Assembly: GCA_964016885.1 (NCBI GenBank)
Contig: OZ024743.1
Coordinates: 347,634,001 to 347,698,000 of the forward strand
Length of the DNA stretch: 64,000 nt
Origin: Eledone cirrhosa
Lineage: Eukaryota
Direction: 5' to 3'
Shown here: positions 11,901 through 24,195 of the stretch, in pieces
Layout of the letters: every line of letters begins with the position of its first letter
Numbering within the stretch: position 1 is the stretch's first letter
Program-made: the position numbers and the translations under genes
Notes under the pieces: generated by a model
Told to the model about the DNA's origin: nothing
The model's database searches: none
What the model saw: the letters and a program-made list of their open reading frames with translations, nothing else

Positions 11901-12383
11901 TGCTACCGAGGAGCTTTGCCAGTTCGGGATAAACTCTACAGGCATGGAGGTGCCGTCACCCGGGCATGTCCGAGATGCGCGCAGGGCGACGAAACCGTCC
12001 TGCACGCACTCGTCCAGTGTCCGAGCATTGCTGACTTGTGGGTTTATGTCGAACACCTGCTGTCACGTGTAGGACCGATCCAGCTATCAGCTGAGTCCAT
12101 CGTGAGGATTGCCCCGCCCCCTTCCTTTAGCCTGGAAGGGCAGGCAGTTTTTATCTGTCTGGTGGCCATGGTGAAAGAGATAGTATGGTGGACACGTTTG
12201 AAAGGGCTGAAGACGAGCACTTACCTCTTCGATGATGCCCTGATTAACTTTTTCAAATTTCATTTGAAAAGGAAAATCAGGGTAGAGAGGGAAGTGCTCT
12301 CTTCCCAGCATTTTGTTGAAAGATGGGTGAGAGAAGCAAGTATGGCCCGAATGAATGGGCCTTCTCTGAGTATGTGTCTGTAA
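8964..12383 (+). CDS. Tx1 ORF2: APE endonuclease, reverse transcriptase, zinc finger (1139 aa)
   Basis: NARG, SET, VYAP, GDW(K), YLD and TDH endonuclease motifs; KAFD, QGCPLS and YADD RT motifs; CCHC finger. The canonical GDxN Asn is replaced by Lys. Confidence 0.95.
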   Translation: MTSLRIGSINARGLGSSWNQGHLLNDLRSLNIDVVAISETRISEAQAFAPIFGGYDVYASPSRPGSGGGVAVLFRRGLDLAIRAIFLDPEGKLVVLDVTSGDGQAFRLVAVYAPTGAGRPDFFRRLETFLGTSRSLVLVGDWKGILDARWDCVGLVDREGGCKSLTNLLRRFELSDRYRMDFPNVPMWTWTNRIGSSRSYLDRVFCREIDRSSIGCPQFKIVSYTDHKFVICVLDLERLHRQGPGYWKLNASLPARKAYRDRISELVKRALKGAIVNNKWWFALKRAIRIESIRLSKTLAIEKNRAEGELVRKLDEALSKGIATDVLAAKLALDQFFNAKHEGCVVRARVRALRHEGTKAVQWARVAEARCGNKATIRSLVDHDGRMLLDPGQMCEAFQRHFAQLFGGSGGPDRGMDFSVYLDGLPRLSATEAESCEKPITTAEVRDAMTSCTRGKSPGLDGLPYELYVQMPNLFGGLLADVYCNWQQNGRIPSSVSRGAVALLRKDPNKGDNIDHLRSITLLNTEFKILAKVLAKRLALVVGGLVGEAQTCAIPDRSIHDNLHLMRYIVERVAKEPGTGGSLINLDQSKAFDRIDHRYLAAVLRAACFGPVYRGWIAAMHSEICSVVRVNGHLSEPFNIMRSVRQGCPLSSLLYVLTLEPLLHKLETLRGVPRELGCGRSVSAYADDVTVVVSNAKHIEAIGTKLREYEAVTGAMINQEKSVGLQLGTWRGRSMPSNSVVGRWTDGPVKLIGAWFDPDLHTDKNWDEVTSRVASLTQKWAERKLSLKGRAEVANAYIASVIYYRLTVVPCPKPRLTALERLLFRFLWKGRAPMVRRSICCQHPLRGGLGMPWLMMRRHALRLRHLHLFLDGDQVWSPFARHVFPQLVSLTELQSWVKRRPRGSAWRLECLQALTALDQSGNVIGANSTLAFYRGLVEGKSDDVLGETLGVDENQLANLFGRTFGPGPMDNFQKSLAWQCYRGALPVRDKLYRHGGAVTRACPRCAQGDETVLHALVQCPSIADLWVYVEHLLSRVGPIQLSAESIVRIAPPPSFSLEGQAVFICLVAMVKEIVWWTRLKGLKTSTYLFDDALINFFKFHLKRKIRVEREVLSSQHFVERWVREASMARMNGPSLSMCL

Positions 12384-12626
12384 ATTAAAGGTGGAAAACT
12401 GGGAGAGGGCACTTGCCCTGGTGGTCGGGGCCACTGTGGTCTTTTAATGGGCTTTCTCCACAAATGTCCCTTGGAAGTCTCCCCCCTATTGGGGAATTTT
12501 TCTTTGTTATTTTATTTCAACCTCTGTTTTTTTACACGCAGAAATGCCCATTTGTACCGTCCTGTATTGTCCTGTACTGTCCTTAATGTCTACTTTATGT
12601 GAACCCTTGTGGTTAATAAAGAAAAC

Positions 12627-12643
12627 ATTATTATTATTATTAA

Positions 12644-12686
<43 letters not shown>
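12627..12686. repeat. (ATT)n spacer between Tx1 copies 2 and 3
   Basis: Direct reading, one interruption. Confidence 0.95.
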
Positions 12687-15212
12687 GGCCTAATCGGACG
12701 TATTTTGCTCGCTCCCAGCAAGTCGCTTTATTTGCCTGTTAAAATTATTTGTTGTTAAATATTTCTCATTGTGTAAGGGATATAAACCCTTAGACTTTGC
12801 CCTGTGAAGAGAAAAGTATAATATTTGTGCCTTTTGGCCCAAATATTTGAACATTCTTTTACATGTAAAAAAATTTACGGAGAAAAATAAAACATGGCTG
12901 AACCACGCCCCCAGCGATATGTCTGCTGTCGTGCCACAACGACGTAGAAGTTGAGAGGAGCCCTACAGCGAAATTAACACAAATTGATAACACAAACACC
13001 ACCACAAACAATGTAAACAAAGACACCAATGATACCAATGAGAACTCTAATTTTGAAAAAAATGACAGTAACAGGGACAACGAAAATACAGATAACAAAA
13101 AGAAAAATAACAAATGCAACAACAATATCAACACCACTAACATGAAAACAAATAACGACAACACCAACAGCAACAATACCAACTGCACGGAGAACAACGG
13201 TGGCAACAAAGACAACAATGATAACAGCGACAGTGATAACAACAACACCAACGAGAACAACGACAACGACAACAACACCCCCATCGAAAACAAGAAGAAC
13301 ACTTTCGCTGCGGCAGCAGCAAAAAATAGGCCATGCTTCAACATCGCCTCTCAAACAAATATGAAAAGTTGGCCCAGGCAGGGAAGCTCATCAAGCAAGA
13401 ACAAACCTGGGCCAACTTAACTGTCCCGGTAGAAGCTATTGAGGCAGTGGAGTGCAGACATGTGCATTATAGATGCATCTCAGCATAAACCAAAAGGGCA
13501 GCTTCAATCCCACAAGAAGATGTCGAAGTCGCGCTGAGGTGCATCAGAGAAGACACCGAATACATAGAGAGGGGCAGACAGTACAGCACCATTTAGGTGT
13601 TGTTCAAGTCAGAAGCCCTCGCTATGAAACACGCTATGACTCCTTGCAAAACCGGCAAGGTCATAATGTACCCTTCCCACATGGGAAAAAGAACGGCCCC
13701 TCTCCGTATTCCCAGAATCCCACCTGGGCTTGACATGTTGTGGCTTCTGGGATGTGTGATTGTGGAGGGGACGGATAACGTCCCTATAGAAGTGACCAGA
13801 ACGGCCAGAGAGGACTGGTCCGGGGTTGACCTGGAGATCCTTCTCCAGATCAGGCCCGAGAATGTGAAGACAATCCCAGACCACATCCGCCTTCAGAATG
13901 GGACGGTCATTCACATTGTGACCGAAGGCAAAAGGCCGCAGTGTTTTATTTGCGGGGAAAAAACCCATTTGCGAGCCTTTTGCCCTCAACTACTGAAAGA
14001 GGCAAGGTGTCGAAAAGATCCACTGCTGGCGACGCCGGGGTGAGGACCACAACAAACACCAGCACCGGCAAAACCACCAACAACAACACCAATAGAAAGA
14101 GCACCACCAACATTGACCACCCAGGGGGGAAACGAAGAAAGCTGTCAAATTGCCCCTCCCCCCAACAATACACACACCAATAAAGCCTAAAGATACATAC
14201 ATACACACTTATAGACACAGACCCCTCATCTACCAGTAGTGAAGATGAGGGAAAACCAAAATCCCCAAAATACAATAAAGGAAACACAAAAAGAAAAAAA
14301 AAACTCAACAAAGCACAAAATCACCCACAATAAAAATAAAGCAGACACCACCCACGCAAACATCTCTCCAATAACACCAACATGAACACCAACATCACCA
14401 TCACCAGAATCCCCCAAACGCAAACAACCTAAACAGACGCAAGAACAAATATACACACAAACATCTGAAACCACAGACACCGCACTCACAACAAACACAG
14501 ACACAACGAAACAATACCACCAAAACCATCACCACCACAGCCACGCAAACAAATAAAATCACACCAACAAAACATACAATACTTCGTGCTCGTCAGGAGG
14601 GCCAACAAGGAACTGATGACCCTCGTAGGACGAAGAGAAATTATACAAAAAGAGGTGGACATTTTTAAATCGAGCACATTTCGCGTGCCGGAAGATTTGG
14701 TTCGGTGCGAATGTCGATCGATTTATACAAAGAAATACGAGACAGCTTTCCTCGGGACGTGGGAACCCCGAACGTAAAACCCACTTCAAGACTTTTAAAG
14801 GGGTTCCCAAAAGAAACCCCACCAACTATGGAGGTCGAACAACCCGACCTTCACAAGAGCCCGGAAGGTAAGTAAACCTTTCCTCTCTCTCTTTTTAACC
14901 TGTCAATATGGCCGTATTAAGAGTAGGATGTTTAAATGTTCGAGGCCTGGGATCGTCCTGGAAGCAGGGTCACCTGCTCAACGACCTCAGGTTTCTAGAA
15001 ATGGATGTAATTGCCGTCAGCGAGACCAGGATTTCCGACACGGGCGCACTAGCCCCCATTTTCGACGACTATCAGATCTTTGCATCTTGTAATTTTATTG
15101 TTACTTTGTTATTGTGATTCATATTGTTTACTCGATTTTTCAGTAAAACCCACTGTCCCAGTCTTTTGTATTGTCCCCTATATGTCGGTCCCTGTGGCCA
15201 ATAAATGAAATC
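12687..15212 (+). mobile_element. Tx1-clade copy 3: ORF1, first ~60 codons of ORF2, then 3' UTR (internally deleted)
   Basis: Disrupted ORF1 from ATG 12894 with CFICGEKTHLRAFC. ORF2 start MAVLRVGCLNVRGLG at 14908 breaks near 15087 into a Tx1-type 3' UTR. AATAAA at 15200 and (ATT)6 tail. Confidence 0.85.
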
Positions 15213-15359
15213 ATTATTATTATTATTATTAATATTACTATCTGTCATACCCAGCTTTACACACGTAAAGAGATTAGAGAAGACAGGTATATGAGAAAAA
15301 AATCCGCACGCGCATAGAGAACCGACGCAACGCCTGTACCCTGTTTTTTTTTTTTTTTG

Positions 15360-16039
15360 TGTACGTGCGTGTATTCGTATACCTATGGCGAGTGTTTTCG
15401 CGTATGCTTGAGTATGTACGTATATGGATGCGTGTATGTATTTATTTAATTTCAATTACCTCTGTATTTTATTTACTTTATTCTTAACTCTGAGCCGAGT
15501 ATCATTCGGTTTCCTAGTTATACCATTTACGTGGTTTTGTCTTTGCGTGCAATTGTTCTCCCCGTTCAACAATTGACGTATTATCTTCGTTTTTTCCGTT
15601 CATTGCCAGAGAACGTCTCTATGAACTACCTAATAGAATATTAGTCTACGACATCTTTTATACTATAAACGGGGTTCTCTCTTTGCGTGTAATTGTTTTT
15701 CGCCACTTCAAATAATGACATATTATATTCGTTTTCTCCCGTTCTTTGCCAGAGAACGTTTCCACAAACCAAAGTATCGTCTTCCTGTCTTCCTCCGGTT
15801 GCAACGTGTTTTGAAATATTCACTTCTGCGTTCACAGATTGACTTTGTTAGTTTCAGAAGATCCCGTTAAGGGTGAAAGCAGCGATTCTTTGCTTAAACT
15901 TTAATCCGTTATTTTAATAAATATTTGCTCTACGGTTCTTATATATATTTGATATAAATTTATCCTTATTTACCACAATATATAAATTATATATAAATGT
16001 ATCCCTCTTTGGATTTTTAGTCTTCAAATTTATTATTAT

Positions 16040-16040
<1 letters not shown>
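15360..16040. repeat. Interspersed non-coding repeat family, copy A
   Basis: 15360-15835 is the reverse complement of about 34758-35255, and 15927-16040 matches 35291-35373 directly. Contains an internal ~150-bp dimer. Confidence 0.75.
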
Positions 16041-16126
<86 letters not shown>

Positions 16127-16142
16127 TATGTATATATATATA

Positions 16143-16244
<102 letters not shown>

Positions 16245-16709
16245 GAGAAAGACTCAGTGAAATATAGACGGCAATAAAGACGATGCGCAAAAATAATACA
16301 TCGTAGCAGACGTATTTGTTACGCAGGATAGATCGGTGTTAGTATGGCTGTTTACAAACATAAAACTCCAACCCAGGTTCCACTTACTTGTCTCATTTCC
16401 TGTAAGTTCCCACATGATGGCATGAGCATTGTCACGAATAATTAACAAACTTTTACACGCGATTGTTTTTACAGAGCTTTTCAGAAATGCTGTCATATTT
16501 GTTATTAATACTACTTTTCTTTACTGAATTTTTTTTCAGTCCTTTTATTTTTGTTTGCTAGTGTTCTAAGTTTTTAAGTAATTTACTCTCACATTACGAA
16601 ATCATGCGTGAAAAAAAATTAAAACATACTACAGAAAATAATTCCTAGAATATTTAAAGAATGATGTTTCTTCTTTTTGTTTTGCATGTGTTCCATTTTT
16701 TAAAATTAT

Positions 16710-16756
<47 letters not shown>

Positions 16757-16761
16757 TATAT

Positions 16762-16800
<39 letters not shown>

Positions 16801-17504
16801 CGTATGTGTGTGTGTGCGTGCGTGTGTGTGTGTATGTGCGTGTTTGTGCGTGTGTGTTTTTGTGTATGTTTGTATATATATATATCTCCGTATATATATA
16901 TATGAATGCACTTTAGCACAAACGTCAGTCAATATTTGAGCATATAGTGCATAGGTGAATATGAGTGTGAATATTTGCTTTTTTCTGCTTCAAAAGTTTG
17001 TCAGAAAAGTTTAAACATTATTCATTCAGAAATCAACACGCATGCACATATTTGCATACGTTGCGTCGTTTTTGCACACATTCCCATGATCAGAAACGCA
17101 TATAGTGAATTTGCCTAAATTCAAGCGACGGAAACATTCAAGCATGTTGATGCTTCTGCTACTGTGGTTGTTATTATGGTTATTGTTTGTCGTGTTGATT
17201 TTGTAGAGCCTCAAGTTCGTCCTGACTGAGATAGCAATCCATTCATAACTCTTACAGCTTTCACTCAGGCATTGCGTTTTAAAGAGTAATTATGTTACCA
17301 ATTGTGCCCCGTTCTCTTCGAAAAAAATATTATCTAATTTGTCAGAGATTTGATATTCTAACATTTTTTAGTCCTCAAACTACTGATTATTTTGAGAGAG
17401 TATAGTTTACATAGTGACGTGTATTCCTAAAAAGCAATGTCATATTAATTTACCATAACTAAATTACTATATTTATATAAATGTATAGTCATTTCATTTT
17501 TCTG

Positions 17505-18127
17505 TTTCAGTATTTCATACGCTATAAGTCACAGTACCATTGTACTTGAAAAGTAATTTTATATACTTTAGAACTTACAAAATTTGTTTTCTTAAAAATT
17601 GTTTCACAGCGTGAGAGAAAGTACGGTCTTTCAAATATGCTACAATCCTTTTGTGTTCCTAGCATTATTTTCATGACACATCATAACGAGTATCCTATTT
17701 CAAATCATTATCTCCTATTATGCTGCCAGCAACAATGATACCATCACATCCAACAACAAAACCAACGTCAACAGCATTATCCCCAAAACAAATGCAGCAG
17801 TATTATATATGAACGTTTATGTCACATATATTTAATCGAACTTACTATATGCGCCTGTTATTGTTGGAATGCGTGTATGAATGACAGCTATTATACAAGG
17901 TACTCTAGGTAATGCAATGTTAAGATTTTAGGCATAGAACATTAATAATTTAACACCAATCATCAGTACTGCCCTGATGATTTCATTCGAAATAAGCAGA
18001 GTACATTTATTTATGATATTTTTTCCGGTTTATTGAAAAATAATTTTATATAGTTTAGAACTTACAAAATCTGTTTTCTTAAAGAGAGTATTACTGCGTG
18101 AGAGAAACTACGGTCTTTCAAATATGC
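17505..18127 (+). repeat. Partial tandem duplication (about 17505-17640 and 17963-18127) with a hammerhead-like relic
   Basis: Shared block TAATTTTATATAxTTTAGAACTTACAAAAT...GCGTGAGAGAAAxTACGGTCTTTCAAATATGC. CTGATGA..GAAATA near 17975. Confidence 0.6.
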
Positions 18128-18423
18128 ATTTATTTTACAATAGCCCCATATTGACGGATTTATTCTGACGACTATCAGATGGAAAGTTTATATTATATGC
18201 ATATATAGTGAGAGAAGGAGAGAGTGAGCGAGAGAGGGAGTGAGCGTGAGAGAGAGAGTGATAGAGAGAGGGATAGAGAGAGTTAGAGAGAGAGATTTAG
18301 CCAGAGATAGAGAGTGGTTGAGTGAGAGAGATAGGATAAAAATGAGAACTAGAGTAATAAACAATTCCACTACGGAACTGGTATTTTATTTATCTATCTC
18401 GAAAGGATTGGAAATGGAAAGCC

Positions 18424-20380
18424 TCAACAGATATTAAGGTACTTTTGATGCAACGCCCATTCCCTTCGACTCGTGTTGGGTTTGGGTTTAGGTTGCGGTA
18501 GTTCATGGTATGGGAAAGTAGCTATGTGGTCACAAATTTTGTCCAGAACTCTGTTCCTACCCTTTGTTGGATTGTAGTTGCTTTCATTTCGTACAATTGA
18601 TAGGTCGTTATTCTCCTTGTCAAAAAATTCCTCTGTGAGACTTAATTTTCTACAGCAGTGTGAGATATCGCCATTTATCTCATTGAGGTTAGAGTATTGT
18701 GGTGTTGGTATGAATTTCAGTTTTTGGAGAGAATTTGAATTTGTTGGGCTGAGAAATTTGTATTTGAAAGGTTGATTAAATGATTTCAAAAATTTAATTA
18801 ACGGCATCAATAACCACATCCAGTTCACAATGGAATACAGCCAAGATCAACTCCTATGTCTGGACATCTTAATGATAAAAAAGACACAAATATTGAAACT
18901 GTCATACATTACAAACCAACATATTCCAAACAATACTTGCTATCACCTTCAACCATCCAAAGCACAAGAATACGAACAACCACTTTAACCTAGCAAGAAT
19001 AATTTGCACAGGTGTTTCCAATTATGAAACGCGAAATATAAGACTTCAAGAATTAAAGGAAATTCTGCTCGAAAGACAGTACCCACCATTACTAATAAAT
19101 AATGGAATAGAAAGGGCTAAACCAATAGGCATTGATAAATTACTAAAACAGAAACAAATTCAAGGTACGTCTAATATTCTATCATATATCTCAACACACA
19201 ACCCAAGAAATGCGGAAGCTTACAACATTATTCACAAGAACATCCCATTATTGAAACAAGACCCAAGAATGAAAAAAAGCACTTGAAACACAAAATAATC
19301 AAAAGCAAAAGACAACCGAAATAACTATAAACATTACTCACCAATGCCAAATTACCTACCACAAACCTACATCCAACTGTCAAAAAATGTGGTCGCTCTA
19401 ATTGTGGAATCTGCACACACCTCATTGAAGGCAACATGTATACATTTCAATCAGGAGAAAATTTTGTTGTAAAATAATCACTTCACTTGCTCATCAAAAT
19501 ATGTAATTTATGCCATTAAATGTAAAGGATGCAATGAAGATTGTATAGGACAAACTAAACTCACACTCAGAAAGAGAATGACAATTCATCGCCAACAATT
19601 ACGAGACCCTACCACAAGACAGATACCACTCAGTGCACATCTAGACATATACACAAGTGATAAGACACCCAAATTCCAAGTCTTCCCATTTTATATTTGC
19701 GGTGACAATACAACAGAACAAATACGAATAAATATAGTTTAATATATATTATGTTAACACCATAACATGCTAACCGTACAAACAGACACATACATACACA
19801 CACACACACATAATACCTTCTATATTCGAAAATAAAAACCAGAGCTAAATAAACCTTAACATATGTTAATACTGTAACACCTTAACATACCCCCACACAC
19901 ACATAATTCAAATTACATTAAAAAAAAAAACATTTTGAGCCACTTTTTTAAAGTAAAAAGTAATTCAAACACAAACTGGCGCGAACATTTGATGTGCTCA
20001 TTCACGTGACTGCACCAACCAGCCAAATTTCACTCATATAGGGAAAAACAATCTGAGCCCCCCCCCCCCCCTCCTTTTTTTTTAAAGGCAAATATAATAA
20101 GAACTTTGTAAGGCGAACTGGCGCGAAATTTATATACTTATTCACGTGACAGTCTTCAACCAACCAAATAACTTTTCTAAAAACGCACCATTTCGAGCCA
20201 CTTTTTCCATATAAAACAGAAGTATCATCTGAACACCAACCAGATGCGAGAAAGACCACAAACCCTCCATCTCAATTCTACTTTTGAAAAGCACAAAAAC
20301 TGCGAAACCGGTAACGGAACCAAATAAACATTCTTAAAAAGTCTCCAGTTGCATTTTCGACTTCATCTTTTTTCCTTATA
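18424..20380 (+). mobile_element. Decayed Penelope-like element with inverted 5' segment
   Basis: Plus strand gives IQFTMEYS..LDI, YKPT..QYL and the GIY-YIG motif CSSKYVIYAIKCKGC..IGQT. Minus strand 18424-18785 gives the PLE N-terminal LKFIPTP..RKLSLTEEFF. The 3' end has a decayed hammerhead near 20284-20313 and abuts (TA)n. Confidence 0.85.
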
Positions 20381-20401
20381 TATAATAATATATATATATA
20401 T

Positions 20402-20445
<44 letters not shown>

Positions 20446-20964
20446 AACATAAGTTCTTTCTTGATACTTGAATTTCTAAGTCTTTCTATTTAGATATATT
20501 TTCACCTTGAATTGTAAGGTTTGTCTATGTGGACTGCCTTCCTTTTTTGCAACACTTGTACAATAAGCGCAAATGCTATTTATTTTGATAATTTGGTCTT
20601 GAAAAAGTGACTGTGGTGTAATTGACATTAGCGGACCGGCTGCAACCGATGAGTCTAATGACAATAACGTTCTTCTTAAACTGTTACAAGTCGATGGCTG
20701 AATATAAGATATTGCATGGAGAGGATTTCGGGTGAAGATTTTCTTAGAACTGTTGGACCTAGATGTTAATGCAGTTTCGTTAGACTTGTATGTAAAATTA
20801 CTAATGCGTGATCCCTCGGTGTCAGCGTGTAGTTGACACATGTCTAGTCAGCTCAAAAGAGATAAGGATATCATCTCTCAACAAATTTTAACCCCCGTTA
20901 ACATCGTGTGTACACTTATAGTGTTGTTAAATATCTCAGCTGATTTTTTACTAAAACACTAATA

Positions 20965-21395
20965 AGGATTTGTAATTGAGGCACAAGACTAATGATCTGT
21001 GGGGAAGAGAAAGTCGATTATATTGACCCCAATACATGAGATTGAAATGATGAGAGCAAAGTTTAAGTCGGCGTGACCTGAACTCACAATATAAAGAGAT
21101 AGAACAAATAACGCAATGATATTTTTTCCGTCACCCTACTAATTTTGCCAATCCACCTCCCTTAGTAGATCAGTAATAATGATTTCTAATATAAGCACAA
21201 GGCCAGTAATTTTGGGGAGGGGAACGTGGATTAAAATTGTCCCCAGTACGTTACTGGTGTTTATTTTATCGTAAGGATGAAAGACAAAGTTAACCTTGGC
21301 GGGATTTGAACTCAGATCCTGAAGAGCCATAACTCTATGTTGCAAAGCATGGTGCCTGGCGCTCTAACGATACACCCAATCTTCCGCTTCTAATT
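20965..21395 (-). mobile_element. Two tandem copies of the tRNA-derived SINE
   Basis: Reverse complement of the B-box (GGATTTGAACTC), the core and the CTTGTGC tail. The first copy is decayed. Confidence 0.75.
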
Positions 21396-22120
21396 AGATC
21401 ATTAATAATGGTTAATAATCCACGTCAACCATAATATCCTATATATCAACATGATTGATGTTTGTAGTGTTGTGGAAAATCGCATGAAACTGGTGAAAGC
21501 ATGGCAATAATAATCAATTCCACCATTATGATTATCATGTTCATCAGCATCAAAAGCAACATCTCTCCACATTACCCTCGTCGTTAATAGCATCACTATT
21601 ATTGCAACCATCATTTGTTTATCATCATGGCATTTCCCCATATTCCATCCTCAGCTTCAATTCATAGCCACATCTTCATTAACGTCATCTTCATGGCGAT
21701 GATGGTCGTTGTCATCAGCATTACTATTTTCTTTAGCCTCATTACCAATCCAAATAAAACTACTTTAATTTAGATGTGCCTAAGCCAGTCCTTTTTTCAA
21801 TAAAAATTTACAAAGAGCTCCAGTGAAAAATTAAAATCAATTACGTAAAAGCAGTTAAGAGGTAACTACATTCTTATACGTACATTCATTTTTTCTGCAA
21901 AACACACAAAAAAACGCAGTGAAACGTACGTCGCGCCCCACACACTCATGTCCATACATACACAGATATACACACACAAATAGGCAAACAGAAATAGGCA
22001 CACATGCACTCATACACACACACCCATGCATACATATATATATATATCCACTCGAGCATACATATACAAATACAGGTACATAACTGATGACTTAACCTAC
22101 ATAAATATATTTATGTAACC

Positions 22121-22169
<49 letters not shown>

Positions 22170-22183
22170 TATATACATTTGGC

Positions 22184-22231
<48 letters not shown>

Positions 22232-22760
22232 GCCAAATGTATATATACATATATATATATATAAATATATATGTGTGTGTTTGTGTCTGTTTTATGTCTA
22301 AGTGTATGTAATTAATGTATGTGTATGTGTATGTATGTATCTGTAACTGTTTATGTATCTGTGTGATTGCATGTCTGACTGTATGCGCTTCTTCACACGA
22401 ACACATAACAAATGAAAAAAATAGAATATAAAAATATAAAATTCCAACTTAACTACTCCACCTGTCTGATTTTGAATTTTCTTTCATAAAGAAATAACCA
22501 GAAAAAAGCCTACCATTGCGAACATTTTCTGATGAAAGGAAAACAGCAAAGTAACAGCTAATGTCACCTAAAGAAAATAAAAACATAGGCAACATTATAA
22601 AGACAATCAATTGAAGGTGAGAGTATTAAGAAGAGAAATTTGAAGAAAAAATATACTAAGAAATGATTCAAATAATGTAATACGGGAGGGAAGGTAAAAC
22701 AGAAAGAACAAACATTAGTAAATGAATGTATAGATTTAGATTACCTCTGAAATATAGAAA

Positions 22761-22797
<37 letters not shown>

Positions 22798-22826
22798 TGC
22801 ACACACACTAACACATAAAGTATATG

Positions 22827-22899
<73 letters not shown>

Positions 22900-23172
22900 A
22901 TGTGTGTCTGTCTGTGTGTCTGTGTGTGTGTAAGATTGAAAGTGTGATCGGTAGAATGCTATGGTGGAATGAGGGAAAAAGTAAAATAAGATGAAGCGAA
23001 AAATATAAAATGAAAGTAGTTGAGACTGGCAGGAATTTAATGAATCGTGTTCAAAGATGCTTCAAAGATGTCAGGTTCTTACTGGAGTAATAATTAGGAT
23101 CAGTTATTCTTTTACACACCCCATCTCTCCCCCTCTCTCTCTCTCTATCTCTCTCTCTCTCGCTCTCTCTAA

Positions 23173-23219
<47 letters not shown>

Positions 23220-23246
23220 TATATCTATATATCTATATTCATACAT

Positions 23247-23303
<57 letters not shown>

Positions 23304-24105
23304 GAGAGAGATATAGAGTCAGGGACCAACGGCAGAGCTGTTATTGTTTGAACAGCTAGTAAGAGTTCAGGCGTTGAGCCCCGACTCCTTCTAGTAATCA
23401 TAAACTACTGTACCAAGCATCGATTACTCTGTTGAAAAAGTGTCTAATTTAAAACTGGTTCAAACATGGCAACCCAGACATAAACGCCCAGACTGTCACA
23501 CTGCAGTTCGCATGGCTCGTCACTGTATAAAGGATTTTGTACAGCACTTGCCCCCTAGGATATAATTGGAAATATAGAAATCTTATAAATTATGGAAGTT
23601 TTGAATGATTTGAATTTTTGAAACTTTGGAATACAAACACAAAAATCATTATAAATTATGTAAACTTTAGAAAATCGGGTAAAATACACGATGAGACTGG
23701 CGTTGCAATGAACAGGCAAGAATTCAAGATAAACACGGTGGTCCATTCTCTGTAGTGATTGGTGTCCAAATTTATCTTTCCTTAAGGGAATTTTACCCGA
23801 TCTTCAAGACTTTAGTGCATTTAGCACAGATCTATTTTAACAAGATTACCTGGAACTTAATAACAGAAAGAAAATCAATAAATTATCCGGTCCTATCGCA
23901 AACCCAGAACGATCCACTAAAGGAGACACTGCATGGTTTCTTTATCAGCTAGAAATAACAGCCAACTATTGTTCGAATCACACAAGGATGTAAATGTGTC
24001 AGTGGGTTCCCTACATAAATAAAAGATAGATAAACGTGGACATACCAATACATCAAACTGCCTCTTTATAAAACAAACTGTGAAGCACTCGAATCCTATG
24101 TAACC

Positions 24106-24114
<9 letters not shown>

Positions 24115-24195
<81 letters not shown>
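24115..24195. repeat. (CTA)n microsatellite
   Basis: Direct reading. Confidence 0.95.

Larger units (their letters stand above)
6802..12626 (+). mobile_element. Tx1-clade LINE copy 2, full length (about 5.8 kb)
   Basis: 5' UTR, disrupted ORF1, uninterrupted 1139-aa ORF2, AATAAA at 12615, (ATT)n on both sides. Confidence 0.95.

Noticed and set aside
3845-12463. Antisense and alternate-frame ORFs within Tx1 ORF2
   Set aside because: Shadow ORFs of GC-rich coding DNA. Their recurrence only reflects copy identity.
18163-18190. CTGACGA..GAAA hammerhead candidate
   Set aside because: No convincing stem I or II.
20506-20843. Possible host exon on the minus strand (AG..GT bounded, open frame)
   Set aside because: No recognisable domain, weak splice signals and no supportable partner exons.
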